DNA of 64,000 nucleotides, from positions 4,946-68,945 of the forward strand of contig RDXM01000106.1 of assembly GCA_004292595.1 (NCBI GenBank), in the 5' to 3' direction. The position numbers were made by a program, and so were the translations under genes. The notes below the pieces were generated by a model. That model saw nothing but the letters and a program-made list of their open reading frames with translations. It was not told the DNA's origin and searched no databases. Of this stretch, positions 48,220-57,740 are shown in pieces. How positions within the stretch are numbered: position 1 is the stretch's first letter; the number at the start of each line of letters is the position of its first letter. This DNA comes from Candidatus Kapaibacterium sp. GTDB lineage: Bacteria; Bacteroidota; Ignavibacteria; Kapaibacteriales; UBA4661.

Positions 48220-51200
48220 TTAGAAGGTCAAGCTGATACCAAACGCATAACTGCGGGTTGCGGGAGTATTACGACCCACAAAGCCCACATTGTTGCTACC
48301 TGCACCAAAGGCAAGATTATCGGGGTCAAAACCGTAAAACGGTGTTGTTACCCAAAGGTTGTTGCCGGTCAAGGTTACGCGGAAGGCTTTGATAAAGCTG
48401 TCGTCGCCAAGAATTGTGCGCGGCAGATTGTAGGTCAGCGAAACGTTGCGCAGGCGAATCCATGAAGCGTCTTGGAAGTTGAACGGGTACGCATCAATCA
48501 CGCGCCCGAAGCTGCGATAGAGCAGGTTTGTGGTATTGATACCAGCTTGTGTCCAGAGTACGGGCGTTGTATTCGTTTCGCCCGCTTCATTCACACCGCG
48601 AAAGACCATGTTTTGGAAACGTGGCTCCGTCCAAGCACTGATGCCGTTGCGGAAGCGATTACGCTCTGCCATGTCATGCACGATGCCGCCTTGACGGAAT
48701 TCCAGCAAGAAGGAAAGCGAAAGTCCATTCCATGAGAACGTATTGGTGATGCCGCCTTGCCAATCGGGAAGTGCATTACCAACTTTCACCTGACGACCAA
48801 CATTCACCGTCGGAAAGCCGTCAGCACTCACAATGACGCGCCCTTGAGCATCGCGGCGGAAGTCCAAACCGTATAAATCACCGACAGCAGGCTCAGGATT
48901 TTCGGGTGTTGGGCGGGTTGCTTTGGAAAGTGCCACGCCAACGTTATCGAAGAAGACAATTTCGTTGATACCTTCGGCGATACTTGTTACCGCACCGCGC
49001 AGACGCGACCAGTTCAGGGTAACATCCCATGAAAAATCGCTGGTCAAAATCGGCGTTGCCGTCAGCAAGACTTCAATACCAGTATTGCGAATGCTGCCGC
49101 CGTTGATGAGGAACGTGTTATATCCGCTTGATTGCGAAACAGGCAGATTCACGATTTGGTCGCGGATATCTTGAACAAAGTATGCCACGTCCAAGCCCAA
49201 ACGACGCTCGAAGAATTTCGCTTCCAAGCCAAATTCCAAGCCTGTTGTGCGCTCAGGGCGAAGATTGGTGCTGCCTGCACTTGGCGAAACGCGGTAACCA
49301 AGCAAGAATGTATTCGTTTGCGGGTTATTGAAAGGAAAACCCGTTGCTACGTCGTAGTATTCACCGATGCGATACGGACCAATGCCGTCTTTACCGACTT
49401 CCGCCCATGAAGCACGAAGTTTACCAAAACTGAACCATTCCATACCTGCATCGCCTTTGAAGAGTTCGCTAAAGACAAATCCCAAACTTGCCGAAGGATA
49501 GAAGAATGAACGATTTTGCGCGGGAAGCGTGGAAGACCAGTCATTGCGAGCAGTCAAATTCAAGAAAAGCATATCTTTGTAGCTGAGACGAGCATCGGCA
49601 AAAACGCCGACCAAACGCTGAATCGCAAACTCGCGTGTATTGAAGCGGTTAATGGTATTGCTGATATCCAAAAAGCCGCTAATACCCAAACGCTCGCCGC
49701 GAGCAAAAATGCCGCTTGTTTCAATATCGGTGATTGCATTACCAACGGTGAAAGAAACGTCCAAGTCATCGAATTTTTGTGCTGCGGTAACCAATAACTG
49801 AGAATTAATTTCACGGCGGTTGATGCTTTGCTCAATGATAAAGCCGTTCAATGCTTGCGCAGGACCAACTTCTGGTGGCGCAACACGACGACGGGCATCG
49901 TTGTAATAGTCCATCGTGAACTGATACATAACCGTAAGCCAGTCAAACGGCTTGTAATCAAGTTTAACATCCCCAAAAACGCGGTTTACGTTGTCGGAAA
50001 GAGGGCTGCGAAGCGCGTAAAATAATGGGCTGTCAATAACACCATCGGTAAAATTGATGTTCGTGATACGCCCATCGGGAGTACGAATTGGGCGATACTG
50101 CTCGGTAACGCGCTGTCCAACAGGCGATGCGGCAATGGCAGCATCGTTAATGTCGTAAGAAGGAATCCAGAAATTAAGCGCAGAGAAGATAGAACGGTCG
50201 CCACCAGACGGGCGATTACCGCCTGAGTTAGAATAATTTACCGAGCCGCTAAAGCTGAGTTTATCATCGAAATCATTCGAGGCACGAAGGCTGACGGTTG
50301 TGCGCTGGAAATCTGTTCCTGGCACAATACCGACTTGATCCATCCGCGAAAGAGACATAAAGTATTTCGTATTTGCCGTGCCGCCGGAGATGCTCAAATT
50401 CTGGTCGTAACGCTGTCCTGTACGGAAGAAGTTACGATAGTTGTCAAAAAATTGGTCGTTACCGCCCGTGAGAGCGCGCGGCAGACCAAATGACCAGAAA
50501 TTTGTGCGGGTGTCCGATGTGTCAGCACCGCCGCCTTGCCCCCATTTGCGCTGAACAAGCGGTGTCATGCCAACTTCATCAAAGGTAGCGTTAGAACTGA
50601 AATTGATTTGTGTTTTTCCCGTCAATCCCTTTTTGGTGGTGATAATCACAACACCATTGGCTGCACGCAAGCCGTAGAGCGCGGTTGCAGCCGGACCTTT
50701 GAGAATGTTGATAGATTCAATGTCGTCGGGGTTAATATCCGCCGCACGGTTGGTGAACGCGAACTGTTCCGCACTGCTGGGCGAGTTGCTGCCTGTGCTG
50801 GGAAGCACGTTGCCAGCTTGTGTGTCATTGCTAATCGGAATACCATCCACGACAAAAAGCGGTTGGTTATTCGCGCCCGGAGAAAGCGAGGAAATACCAC
50901 GAATGATAATCTGCGAACCCGCACCAACGCCGCCACCTGAGCCGGTAATCGTTACGCCCGCCACGCGCCCTTGCAAGCCCGCCACGACGTTTGGTTGATT
51001 TGTTCTCTTAATTTCCTGTGCGCCAATTTCCTGCACCGAGTAACCAAGAGCTTTTTTCTCTTGCTTCACGCCGAAAGCAGTAACAACAACGTCGTCGAGA
51101 GATTTTGCATCAAGTTCGAGGCGCACATCAAGCGTTGTACGGTCGCCGACGGTAATTTCTGTCGGCACATAACCGACGGAATTGAACACAAGTGCTGATG

Positions 51201-51408
51201 CGCCTTCGGGCAAGGTAATTTTGTATTGCCCGCGAGCATCGGAAAATGCTCCAACTTTTGTACCTTTTGCGACAACACGCGCTCCACGTAATGGCGCACC
51301 GTCGTCGGCAGAGATAATACGACCCGAAACTGTCTTTTGTGCAAAAGCAGTAAAGCTACACACACACACAAGCAGTATCGGCACTATACTGAGAAACAAT
51401 CGTTTCAT
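48220..51408 (-). CDS. susC: SusC/RagA-family TonB-dependent outer-membrane transporter
   Basis: Signal peptide MKRLFLSIVPILLVCVCSFTAFAQ. A CarbopepD_reg-like domain (TVSGRIISADDGAPLRGARVVAKGTKVGAFSDARGQYKITLPEG) and a TonB plug (LQGRVAGVTIT). The C-terminus ends ...AFGISLTF. Probable start at 51408. Confidence 0.85.
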   Translation of the reverse strand: MKRLFLSIVPILLVCVCSFTAFAQKTVSGRIISADDGAPLRGARVVAKGTKVGAFSDARGQYKITLPEGASALVFNSVGYVPTEITVGDRTTLDVRLELDAKSLDDVVVTAFGVKQEKKALGYSVQEIGAQEIKRTNQPNVVAGLQGRVAGVTITGSGGGVGAGSQIIIRGISSLSPGANNQPLFVVDGIPISNDTQAGNVLPSTGSNSPSSAEQFAFTNRAADINPDDIESINILKGPAATALYGLRAANGVVIITTKKGLTGKTQINFSSNATFDEVGMTPLVQRKWGQGGGADTSDTRTNFWSFGLPRALTGGNDQFFDNYRNFFRTGQRYDQNLSISGGTANTKYFMSLSRMDQVGIVPGTDFQRTTVSLRASNDFDDKLSFSGSVNYSNSGGNRPSGGDRSIFSALNFWIPSYDINDAAIAASPVGQRVTEQYRPIRTPDGRITNINFTDGVIDSPLFYALRSPLSDNVNRVFGDVKLDYKPFDWLTVMYQFTMDYYNDARRRVAPPEVGPAQALNGFIIEQSINRREINSQLLVTAAQKFDDLDVSFTVGNAITDIETSGIFARGERLGISGFLDISNTINRFNTREFAIQRLVGVFADARLSYKDMLFLNLTARNDWSSTLPAQNRSFFYPSASLGFVFSELFKGDAGMEWFSFGKLRASWAEVGKDGIGPYRIGEYYDVATGFPFNNPQTNTFLLGYRVSPSAGSTNLRPERTTGLEFGLEAKFFERRLGLDVAYFVQDIRDQIVNLPVSQSSGYNTFLINGGSIRNTGIEVLLTATPILTSDFSWDVTLNWSRLRGAVTSIAEGINEIVFFDNVGVALSKATRPTPENPEPAVGDLYGLDFRRDAQGRVIVSADGFPTVNVGRQVKVGNALPDWQGGITNTFSWNGLSLSFLLEFRQGGIVHDMAERNRFRNGISAWTEPRFQNMVFRGVNEAGETNTTPVLWTQAGINTTNLLYRSFGRVIDAYPFNFQDASWIRLRNVSLTYNLPRTILGDDSFIKAFRVTLTGNNLWVTTPFYGFDPDNLAFGAGSNNVGFVGRNTPATRSYAFGISLTF

Positions 51409-51602
51409 TGGATAGACCTTTCTTTGGGTGAAAAAATATGGTGATTGAGGCGACGGTATTGGCTGTTGCACGAAGAAAACAAGCCGTCTGCAAAAGAAGC
51501 GCAAAAAATACTCTGAAATATCCTGAGAAGCAAGTATTTTCGGACTGTTTGGCGGAATAATTTGTTAAAAATCCACAGAAAACGAAATATCAAATAATCA
51601 CT

Positions 51603-51887
51603 ATGAATGAACATCGTTTGTACATCGTTTTGGGCTTATTGTTGCTCGTTATGGGTGCGCTTGCCGTGCGCAGACGAGATATTATCGGCTCGGTAGCCTT
51701 TTTGATTGCTGGAATGGGTGTGTTAATCAACGGCATCAATTCGCTACGCAAGCGCGTGATTCCGCAGTATTCGCTCGCAATGCAACGCCTTCGTATCGGT
51801 GTTCTGCTCTTCAGCATTCTTGCGGCTATTGTGATTATTATTTTGGAAGAAACTGTCGAAAAGTTTGGCGGAATGATGTGGCGATAA
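51603..51887 (+). CDS. small hypothetical membrane protein
   Basis: 94 aa with 3 hydrophobic helices and no recognisable family. Confidence 0.3.
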   Translation: MNEHRLYIVLGLLLLVMGALAVRRRDIIGSVAFLIAGMGVLINGINSLRKRVIPQYSLAMQRLRIGVLLFSILAAIVIIILEETVEKFGGMMWR

Positions 51888-51997
51888 GCTGCAAAAACAT
51901 TGAAAAACAAAGAAGGTCTGACGCTCTACTCGGCATCAGACCTTCTTTGTTGTATGAATATGTTGTATGAACAGAACAAACATTGGAAGAAATGGTT

Positions 51998-52942
51998 CTA
52001 TCCGTCAATCTGTACAATCAAATAGCGCGAGGTTTGCCAGAATTTTTTCGGGTCGGTAATCGTGATAAGTTTTTTATCATCCGACACTTTGAGGAGCTGC
52101 GGATTGTGCGGCGACACAATTTCTGTAAAATTCGCAGGCAAAGTAATTTCGGTTTGGCGTGTGATATTGATTGCCGTAAACGCGCTGGTATTCAAATTTT
52201 CATTCGGAACATTTTTCCCGCCAATAAAGCCCAGCACTGCGCCCTTGCGGTCGATAATTTTATTTTGCTGCAAGAACGTCTGCGTCCCGACCACGTAGTA
52301 ACAGGTGTTTCCTTCTTCGGTGAGCGTATTTACTTGGTCGTTCAGCACTGTTTTTTCTTCCGTCAGCGTGGCTACTTTGCCTGTCAATTCAGAAACTTTA
52401 CCATTCAAGGTAACGATTTCTTCTTTTTGATTTTGGATAATATTGTTCAAGTCCGCAATGACTTGTTCGTAGCTGGCAATTTGGTTCGCAAATTTCGTAT
52501 TACTTTTCTTCAATTCCTGAATCCGCGATTGGCTTTCTTTCAAGCGTTTTTCGTTGTCGCTCATGCGCTTGGAAAGAAGCTGAATCTTCTTGGTAATTTC
52601 TTGGCGATAATCGGGTGATTTTTGCTCAATGCTGCGGGAATTCAATTCACCAGAAAGCGACGAAAGCTCCGTATAAACCTCGCTGATAAACTTTGTACTT
52701 TCAACAACTTCATTGAACAAGCTATCTTTTTCGCTGGCTGTAACGCTCAAACGCCGTACTTCATCGGCAAGTTCTTCACGAGTTTTATTGGCAAGGCGCG
52801 GATCTTCGATGATTGGCTCGCTATCTCGTTTATCCTTGCAATGTGTGAGTGTGAGCATTCCCAAAACAAGCAAGAATGCGGCAAGCGGTCGCCGAAGGCT
52901 CTGTCGAGTAGCAAAATGGGGGAAAATATTCATAATGCCCAA
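51998..52942 (-). CDS. coiled-coil lipoprotein, paralog of 37059-37973
   Basis: Lipobox (LTLTHC), a long coiled coil, and a shared C-terminal domain (CYYVVGTQTFLQQNKIIDRKGAVLGFIGG...INITRQTEITLP...KFWQTSRYLIVQIDG). Confidence 0.5.
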   Translation of the reverse strand: MGIMNIFPHFATRQSLRRPLAAFLLVLGMLTLTHCKDKRDSEPIIEDPRLANKTREELADEVRRLSVTASEKDSLFNEVVESTKFISEVYTELSSLSGELNSRSIEQKSPDYRQEITKKIQLLSKRMSDNEKRLKESQSRIQELKKSNTKFANQIASYEQVIADLNNIIQNQKEEIVTLNGKVSELTGKVATLTEEKTVLNDQVNTLTEEGNTCYYVVGTQTFLQQNKIIDRKGAVLGFIGGKNVPNENLNTSAFTAINITRQTEITLPANFTEIVSPHNPQLLKVSDDKKLITITDPKKFWQTSRYLIVQIDG

Positions 52943-53041
52943 ATGTAAAAAAGTGAAAAGGAAGAGTGAGTAGTTGGCTTGAAAAAATGAGGGATGAAAT
53001 CTGAGGGATGAAGTGCATTATGATGCGCTCTATATCTCATC

Positions 53042-54205
53042 TTACACTTCATTGCGCTCGGCAATCTCTGCTCCACGTTTCGGGATAGCCACCTGCGGCG
53101 TTTGGCGAAGGATTGTGATAAACGCGAGCGACAATATAACAATACCGAGCAAAGCAACCAAAAAGGCTTGAAAAAGTGTGATACTTTGCGGCGGCAATTC
53201 GCCGTTTTGCTGCGGCGCAAAGAGCGCGACAATAGCAATGGCATTGCTGAGAAAGTGAGCAACTATCGGCAGTGCGAGGCTTTGGGTGTAATATGCCAAA
53301 AAGCCCAAATACGCACCAATGAGCATAAGCGGCACGAGCGAAAGCGGATTAAAATGCAATGCACCAAAAATGACCGCCGTGATAGCAATAGCGCGGCGTA
53401 CAGAATACACTTCCTCCAAAGAACGCTGAAATAAGCCACGAAAAAGGAACTCTTCGGCAAAGGCTGGCACAACTGCGCCAATGATGAGCGCACGAAGGGC
53501 TTGCCATGCCGTTGTTCCAGCAAAAAAGTCGCGGTATGCCTGCTCGACGAGTTCCGACCAGTGACGTAATTGCTCAAAAAAGCTCGGCGCAATTATGGGA
53601 ATCATCCGCTCTTGCATAACCACAAACCCAGCATCGAAAAGCTGCACACCAAACACGCCCAGCAATCCGACGCACCACTGCACAAGCGTAATTTCCCCGC
53701 CAAAGCGCATCAAACCCTCCATGCGGAGCGGCGAATAGCGCATCACAAAAAGCGCAGGAATAAGCATGAACAGCACCTGCCCAACGCCCTGCGCAATCGC
53801 TGCCATTGTGATAGACTGGGAACGCATTGCCGAATGCAACGCACCGCCAGCAAACTGATACATCAAATAAATGCCAAACACCGCAACAAAGGCATATTTT
53901 GCGTGCGCAAACGGCTCATCTTGCTCTGGAGCAGTCAGAATGCGGTCATTCGAGGCAAGAAGTGGCTGAATCTCGCGTGGAATCTCGCTTTGCGGAGCTT
54001 CATGGTGAGAAGTTTCATGGTGAGAAGTTTCATGGTTCGGAACTTCATCTTGAGGTATCTCGTTTGGCGGGGTTTGGTGTTCTGGTAATGGCACAGCCGC
54101 ATCGCTCGCGCTGGTACTGTTCTCCAGAGCTTTTTTGTTGATTCTCTCATGGGCTTGGTCGCTGTGATGGTCGTCATCAAAAGGGCGTTCCTGCGATTCA
54201 CTCAT
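53042..54205 (-). CDS. CPBP-family (CAAX/Abi) intramembrane metalloprotease with a His-rich N-terminal repeat
   Basis: Motifs EEFLFRG, FGALHF and HFLSN correspond to the EExxxR, FxxxH and HxxxN signatures. The N-terminus is cytoplasmic and carries HETSHHETSHHE repeats. Confidence 0.7.
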   Translation of the reverse strand: MSESQERPFDDDHHSDQAHERINKKALENSTSASDAAVPLPEHQTPPNEIPQDEVPNHETSHHETSHHEAPQSEIPREIQPLLASNDRILTAPEQDEPFAHAKYAFVAVFGIYLMYQFAGGALHSAMRSQSITMAAIAQGVGQVLFMLIPALFVMRYSPLRMEGLMRFGGEITLVQWCVGLLGVFGVQLFDAGFVVMQERMIPIIAPSFFEQLRHWSELVEQAYRDFFAGTTAWQALRALIIGAVVPAFAEEFLFRGLFQRSLEEVYSVRRAIAITAVIFGALHFNPLSLVPLMLIGAYLGFLAYYTQSLALPIVAHFLSNAIAIVALFAPQQNGELPPQSITLFQAFLVALLGIVILSLAFITILRQTPQVAIPKRGAEIAERNEV

Positions 54206-54445
54206 GCGGGCAAGGGATTATTGAATGAGTATGTTTTGAATGAATATCTGAAGAAGAGAACAGAGGCAATTTTTTAAAGCAAAAGCAGATTTGGTGCGGC
54301 TTGTGAGGCTTGTTGTCTGTATTGCAACCGCTTCTAAAAAAACAAGTTCCGTTACCCTAAAAGATAACGGAACTTGAGAATCTTTACACAAAGGAAGATA
54401 GCAAACTCCGAGAACATGAGCAAATATCTTTCCTTTCTCTTTTTC

Positions 54446-55414
54446 TTATCCTTTTGCTGGTGCGTGCGAATGGTGATGATGCCCGTGAGCGTGATGATGA
54501 CCATGCTCAGACGGGATTGCACCTTTGTCCATTGCCGCAACTTCGCGGGCTGCTGCTTCGCGAGCCATACGCTCCAAGCGCATAGAACTGCGGCGGACGG
54601 AAGGAACAACCGGCGCAACGAGATAGGTGCGAATCATGTAGGGCCAGAAACCACGCTCTTTCAGCGAATCATCAATCAAGTGGTCAATTTTTGCGTGCAA
54701 TGCTGGAACCTCGCTCCAATGCGTGTTTGCGCGGATATGATGTGCCGTGTGCAAGCCGTTATTGAAGAGTGTCCAGTTGGTGAACTTACTCACAAAATTG
54801 CGCGAGTGATTATATTCTGATTCCTCGTCCGCATGAACGTGCTGAATATAATTAAACACTAACACAGTAAAGGTCGAAACTTGTTGCGGAATAATGATAT
54901 ACAACAATGCTTTTTGCCAATCCAGATACAATGCCGTTCCAATAAATGCCACAAGTGCAATACCTTGACCCATCGAAATCAAAAACTTTGAACGATTGCG
55001 CGTCCAGAGGTCTTGCAAATATGCGGTAATCGGGAACTTTTGGAAATAGCTGCTTACGGCGGGGTAGGTAATCACCGTGCCTAAATTATTTTTTTCGCTG
55101 TAGCGATAGGTTATCGTGTAATCACCTTCGCGGTTGGTGTAGTGATGGTGATTGCGGTTGTGCGTCGGAATCCACGCAAAGACGGGGAAACCATAAAAAA
55201 GCGTAATCCAATAATCGGTGATGTGGTTCAAAGTTTGATTTTTCCACATCGGAACGTGGTTGTGGTTGTGGGCGATAACTGCTGCCGTAATTGCGAGATA
55301 CAGCGTGAGAAAGTAGAGAATCGGGTTAAAACCGATAGTCCAATTCGTTGCGAGCATGGCAATCATTGCGGTCAAAAAGGCGAGGCTGCGCCAGTCGGAT
55401 TTGTATTTGAGCAT
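54446..55414 (-). CDS. membrane fatty-acid desaturase family protein (di-iron, histidine-box)
   Basis: Three His boxes (HNHNH, HNRNHHH, HTAHHI), a multi-TM topology and a His-rich C-terminal tail (HGHHHAHGHHHHSH). Confidence 0.65.
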   Translation of the reverse strand: MLKYKSDWRSLAFLTAMIAMLATNWTIGFNPILYFLTLYLAITAAVIAHNHNHVPMWKNQTLNHITDYWITLFYGFPVFAWIPTHNRNHHHYTNREGDYTITYRYSEKNNLGTVITYPAVSSYFQKFPITAYLQDLWTRNRSKFLISMGQGIALVAFIGTALYLDWQKALLYIIIPQQVSTFTVLVFNYIQHVHADEESEYNHSRNFVSKFTNWTLFNNGLHTAHHIRANTHWSEVPALHAKIDHLIDDSLKERGFWPYMIRTYLVAPVVPSVRRSSMRLERMAREAAAREVAAMDKGAIPSEHGHHHAHGHHHHSHAPAKG

Positions 55415-55481
55415 ATGATGAAAAAAAATGAAGAAAAATGGGATGGTAGTGCGAGATAATCGAAATAAACGTCTTGAAGGC

Positions 55482-57500
55482 TTATTTCACCACCGACAAG
55501 CGTGTAACGACGCTGCCTCCGGTGCTATTGCCCAAGCGCACAATGTACGTGCCTTGTGGAAGATTTTCTGTGTCAATCGCCATCGTGTGTTTGCCTGTGG
55601 TATATTGCTGCGCTGCGGAAGTCCACACGGTGCGCCCTTGCGCGTCAATTACCTGCACCGAAGCGTTCATGGTCTCGTTCAGCGCGAAGTTCAGTGTTGC
55701 TTGGTCGCGGGCGGGGTTTGGCGAAATGGGAGAGATGGTCATTCCTTGCGATTGCACCGTCAGACCGCCATTATCGCGGACAGAAAGAGCAATCGTTGGC
55801 ATCATAAAGCTGCGTCCCACATTGCCTGCACTGGCTGTGCTGTCATTCACAACAACAAGCAGACCAAGCGACGGACCTGCTTGGTTGCGCAAGGGCGAAA
55901 TAAAGCCCGTTGCTGCAACGAGAATGCGCTTGCCGCCTAAGCCTTGCCGTGCAAATTCTGCGCTAAACGTCCCAAGAATATTGGTCGTGCCAACTTGGCG
56001 GACATCGAAGGTGTAATCCGAAAGGGGCAAATTAGCATTGATACCCGATGCTGCGTAACTGAGCGGGCGTACGGTTTCGGTAAAGCCACGAAGCACGATT
56101 TCAAGCGGTCCGGCATCGGTTACGGCGTTTACAAAACGAACGCGAACATTAGAATTTGCAACGCTCGTTGTTGTATCAATAATGGGCAAAATGGTCAAAC
56201 TCGTGCTGCGTCCTTCGGGATTGCGAGCAAAGCGCGTTGTGTCTAAAACACCCATTGCGATTGCCCAGTTCCCGCCTGCTTGCAAGCCATAGCCCGTAAA
56301 GCCGCGAAGCGTTGGCGTGGGAGCAGCTTGGTTCGGTGGAGTGATATTCAAACTAAAGTTGTTCATGTTTACTACCTGCGAAAGAGGCAACAATGTGCCA
56401 ATGCTGGTAATTGCTGGCGTTGCGCTGCGGAAAGGGAAATTATTGACAAGCGGGAAAAATTGAAAGGTCGGTGGCATAAGTGCCATTGTTCCCAACCATA
56501 CGCCAACACTAGAAGCGGCGGGGTCTGCAGCCGCATGAATGGCTTGCAAACTCACGGGCGCAAGGCGTGTTGTTCCGAAAGGATTTTGCGCGGGCGTGGG
56601 CGGCGTGGTTGTTTGTAGTGCCGTTGCTACGCCTGTGCTGGTGTGCGGTACGGCGAGCATCCCGAAAGCTGGTCCGTTGCGGTTTGTCGTCGGGTTGAAA
56701 AAGCCCGTTGTGGTCAGCACCACGCGCTGTCCTGCGGCGTTCAACTGTGAGCGAAGCGGCAAGCGGAACGAATTGACAAGCGTCGCGCCGTTGTTTGTAT
56801 AGACATCAATCGTGTAATCGTCGGTGGGAATCACATCGCCAATAAGACTTGTATAGCCCATACCATTTACCACAATGCGCCCAAGTTCGCGGACAACAAA
56901 GTCCATACCGGGCGCATCCGTTGTCGCATTAAAGTAAATGAGGCGTGTAAAATTTTGTGGGAAAGCAAGCGTATCGCCGCCAATCGTGTAGATGTTCAAA
57001 CCGCGAGCAATGCCTTGCGGATTCGGTGCGTAGGCAGTGGTATCGCTCAAACCCGCGATAAACACGTAGTTCGCGCCATTAAGCAAGCGAATACCCGTTG
57101 CTGCACGGAGAACGTCCGTCGTGCCGTTGGTGCTTGTTACGCGGGTGATGTTTGTGGCAATAGGAACATTGGCAAGAGGAGCCAATGAAGGAACAACGGG
57201 CGGAAAGCCAGAAATGGCGGGCGTTGCAGCGCGAAAAGAAATATTTTGCGATACTGGCGCGAACACTGTGCTTCCGCCAGTGGGAAGCCCTGCCCAAAAC
57301 GCAACGGGACTCAGCGTGGCTTCGGGTGCGAGGTGAATAAGCTGGAACGTAACTGGCTGCTGTTGCTGTGCTGCCACGCGCGGCACAAAACAGCAAAACA
57401 TCAGCATTGATGCGGCAAATACGGCGGCAAAGCGTAGGGTGCGAGAATGCACGGCGCGAAGGCGCGCGGTCGAGAGCGATGGTCGTTGGACGTTGTTCAT
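55482..57500 (-). CDS. secreted repeat protein of unknown function with a T9SS C-terminal sorting domain
   Basis: Signal peptide, internally repeated beta-rich modules, and a C-terminus ISPISPNPARDQATLNF...GTYIVRLGNSTGGSVVTRLSVVK. Confidence 0.6.
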   Translation of the reverse strand: MNNVQRPSLSTARLRAVHSRTLRFAAVFAASMLMFCCFVPRVAAQQQQPVTFQLIHLAPEATLSPVAFWAGLPTGGSTVFAPVSQNISFRAATPAISGFPPVVPSLAPLANVPIATNITRVTSTNGTTDVLRAATGIRLLNGANYVFIAGLSDTTAYAPNPQGIARGLNIYTIGGDTLAFPQNFTRLIYFNATTDAPGMDFVVRELGRIVVNGMGYTSLIGDVIPTDDYTIDVYTNNGATLVNSFRLPLRSQLNAAGQRVVLTTTGFFNPTTNRNGPAFGMLAVPHTSTGVATALQTTTPPTPAQNPFGTTRLAPVSLQAIHAAADPAASSVGVWLGTMALMPPTFQFFPLVNNFPFRSATPAITSIGTLLPLSQVVNMNNFSLNITPPNQAAPTPTLRGFTGYGLQAGGNWAIAMGVLDTTRFARNPEGRSTSLTILPIIDTTTSVANSNVRVRFVNAVTDAGPLEIVLRGFTETVRPLSYAASGINANLPLSDYTFDVRQVGTTNILGTFSAEFARQGLGGKRILVAATGFISPLRNQAGPSLGLLVVVNDSTASAGNVGRSFMMPTIALSVRDNGGLTVQSQGMTISPISPNPARDQATLNFALNETMNASVQVIDAQGRTVWTSAAQQYTTGKHTMAIDTENLPQGTYIVRLGNSTGGSVVTRLSVVK

Positions 57501-57740
57501 AGAAGTATCCTTTTCTTTCTAATGGTTCTTTCCGAAGGTGGACAAAATCTTGAAATATAAGACGAAAATAGCAAAATAGTTGATGTGTAAACTATATGCC
57601 GTACTTGTTCAAATATACGAAGAACTGCACTCAATAGCCACTTTTCCGTAGTATTTTCGTGGAAAATAGTCATTGGTTCGTTAAAAGAAACGGGGCAGGA
57701 AACCAAAAGAGCGTACAAAAAGCACGTATTTACTGAGTAT

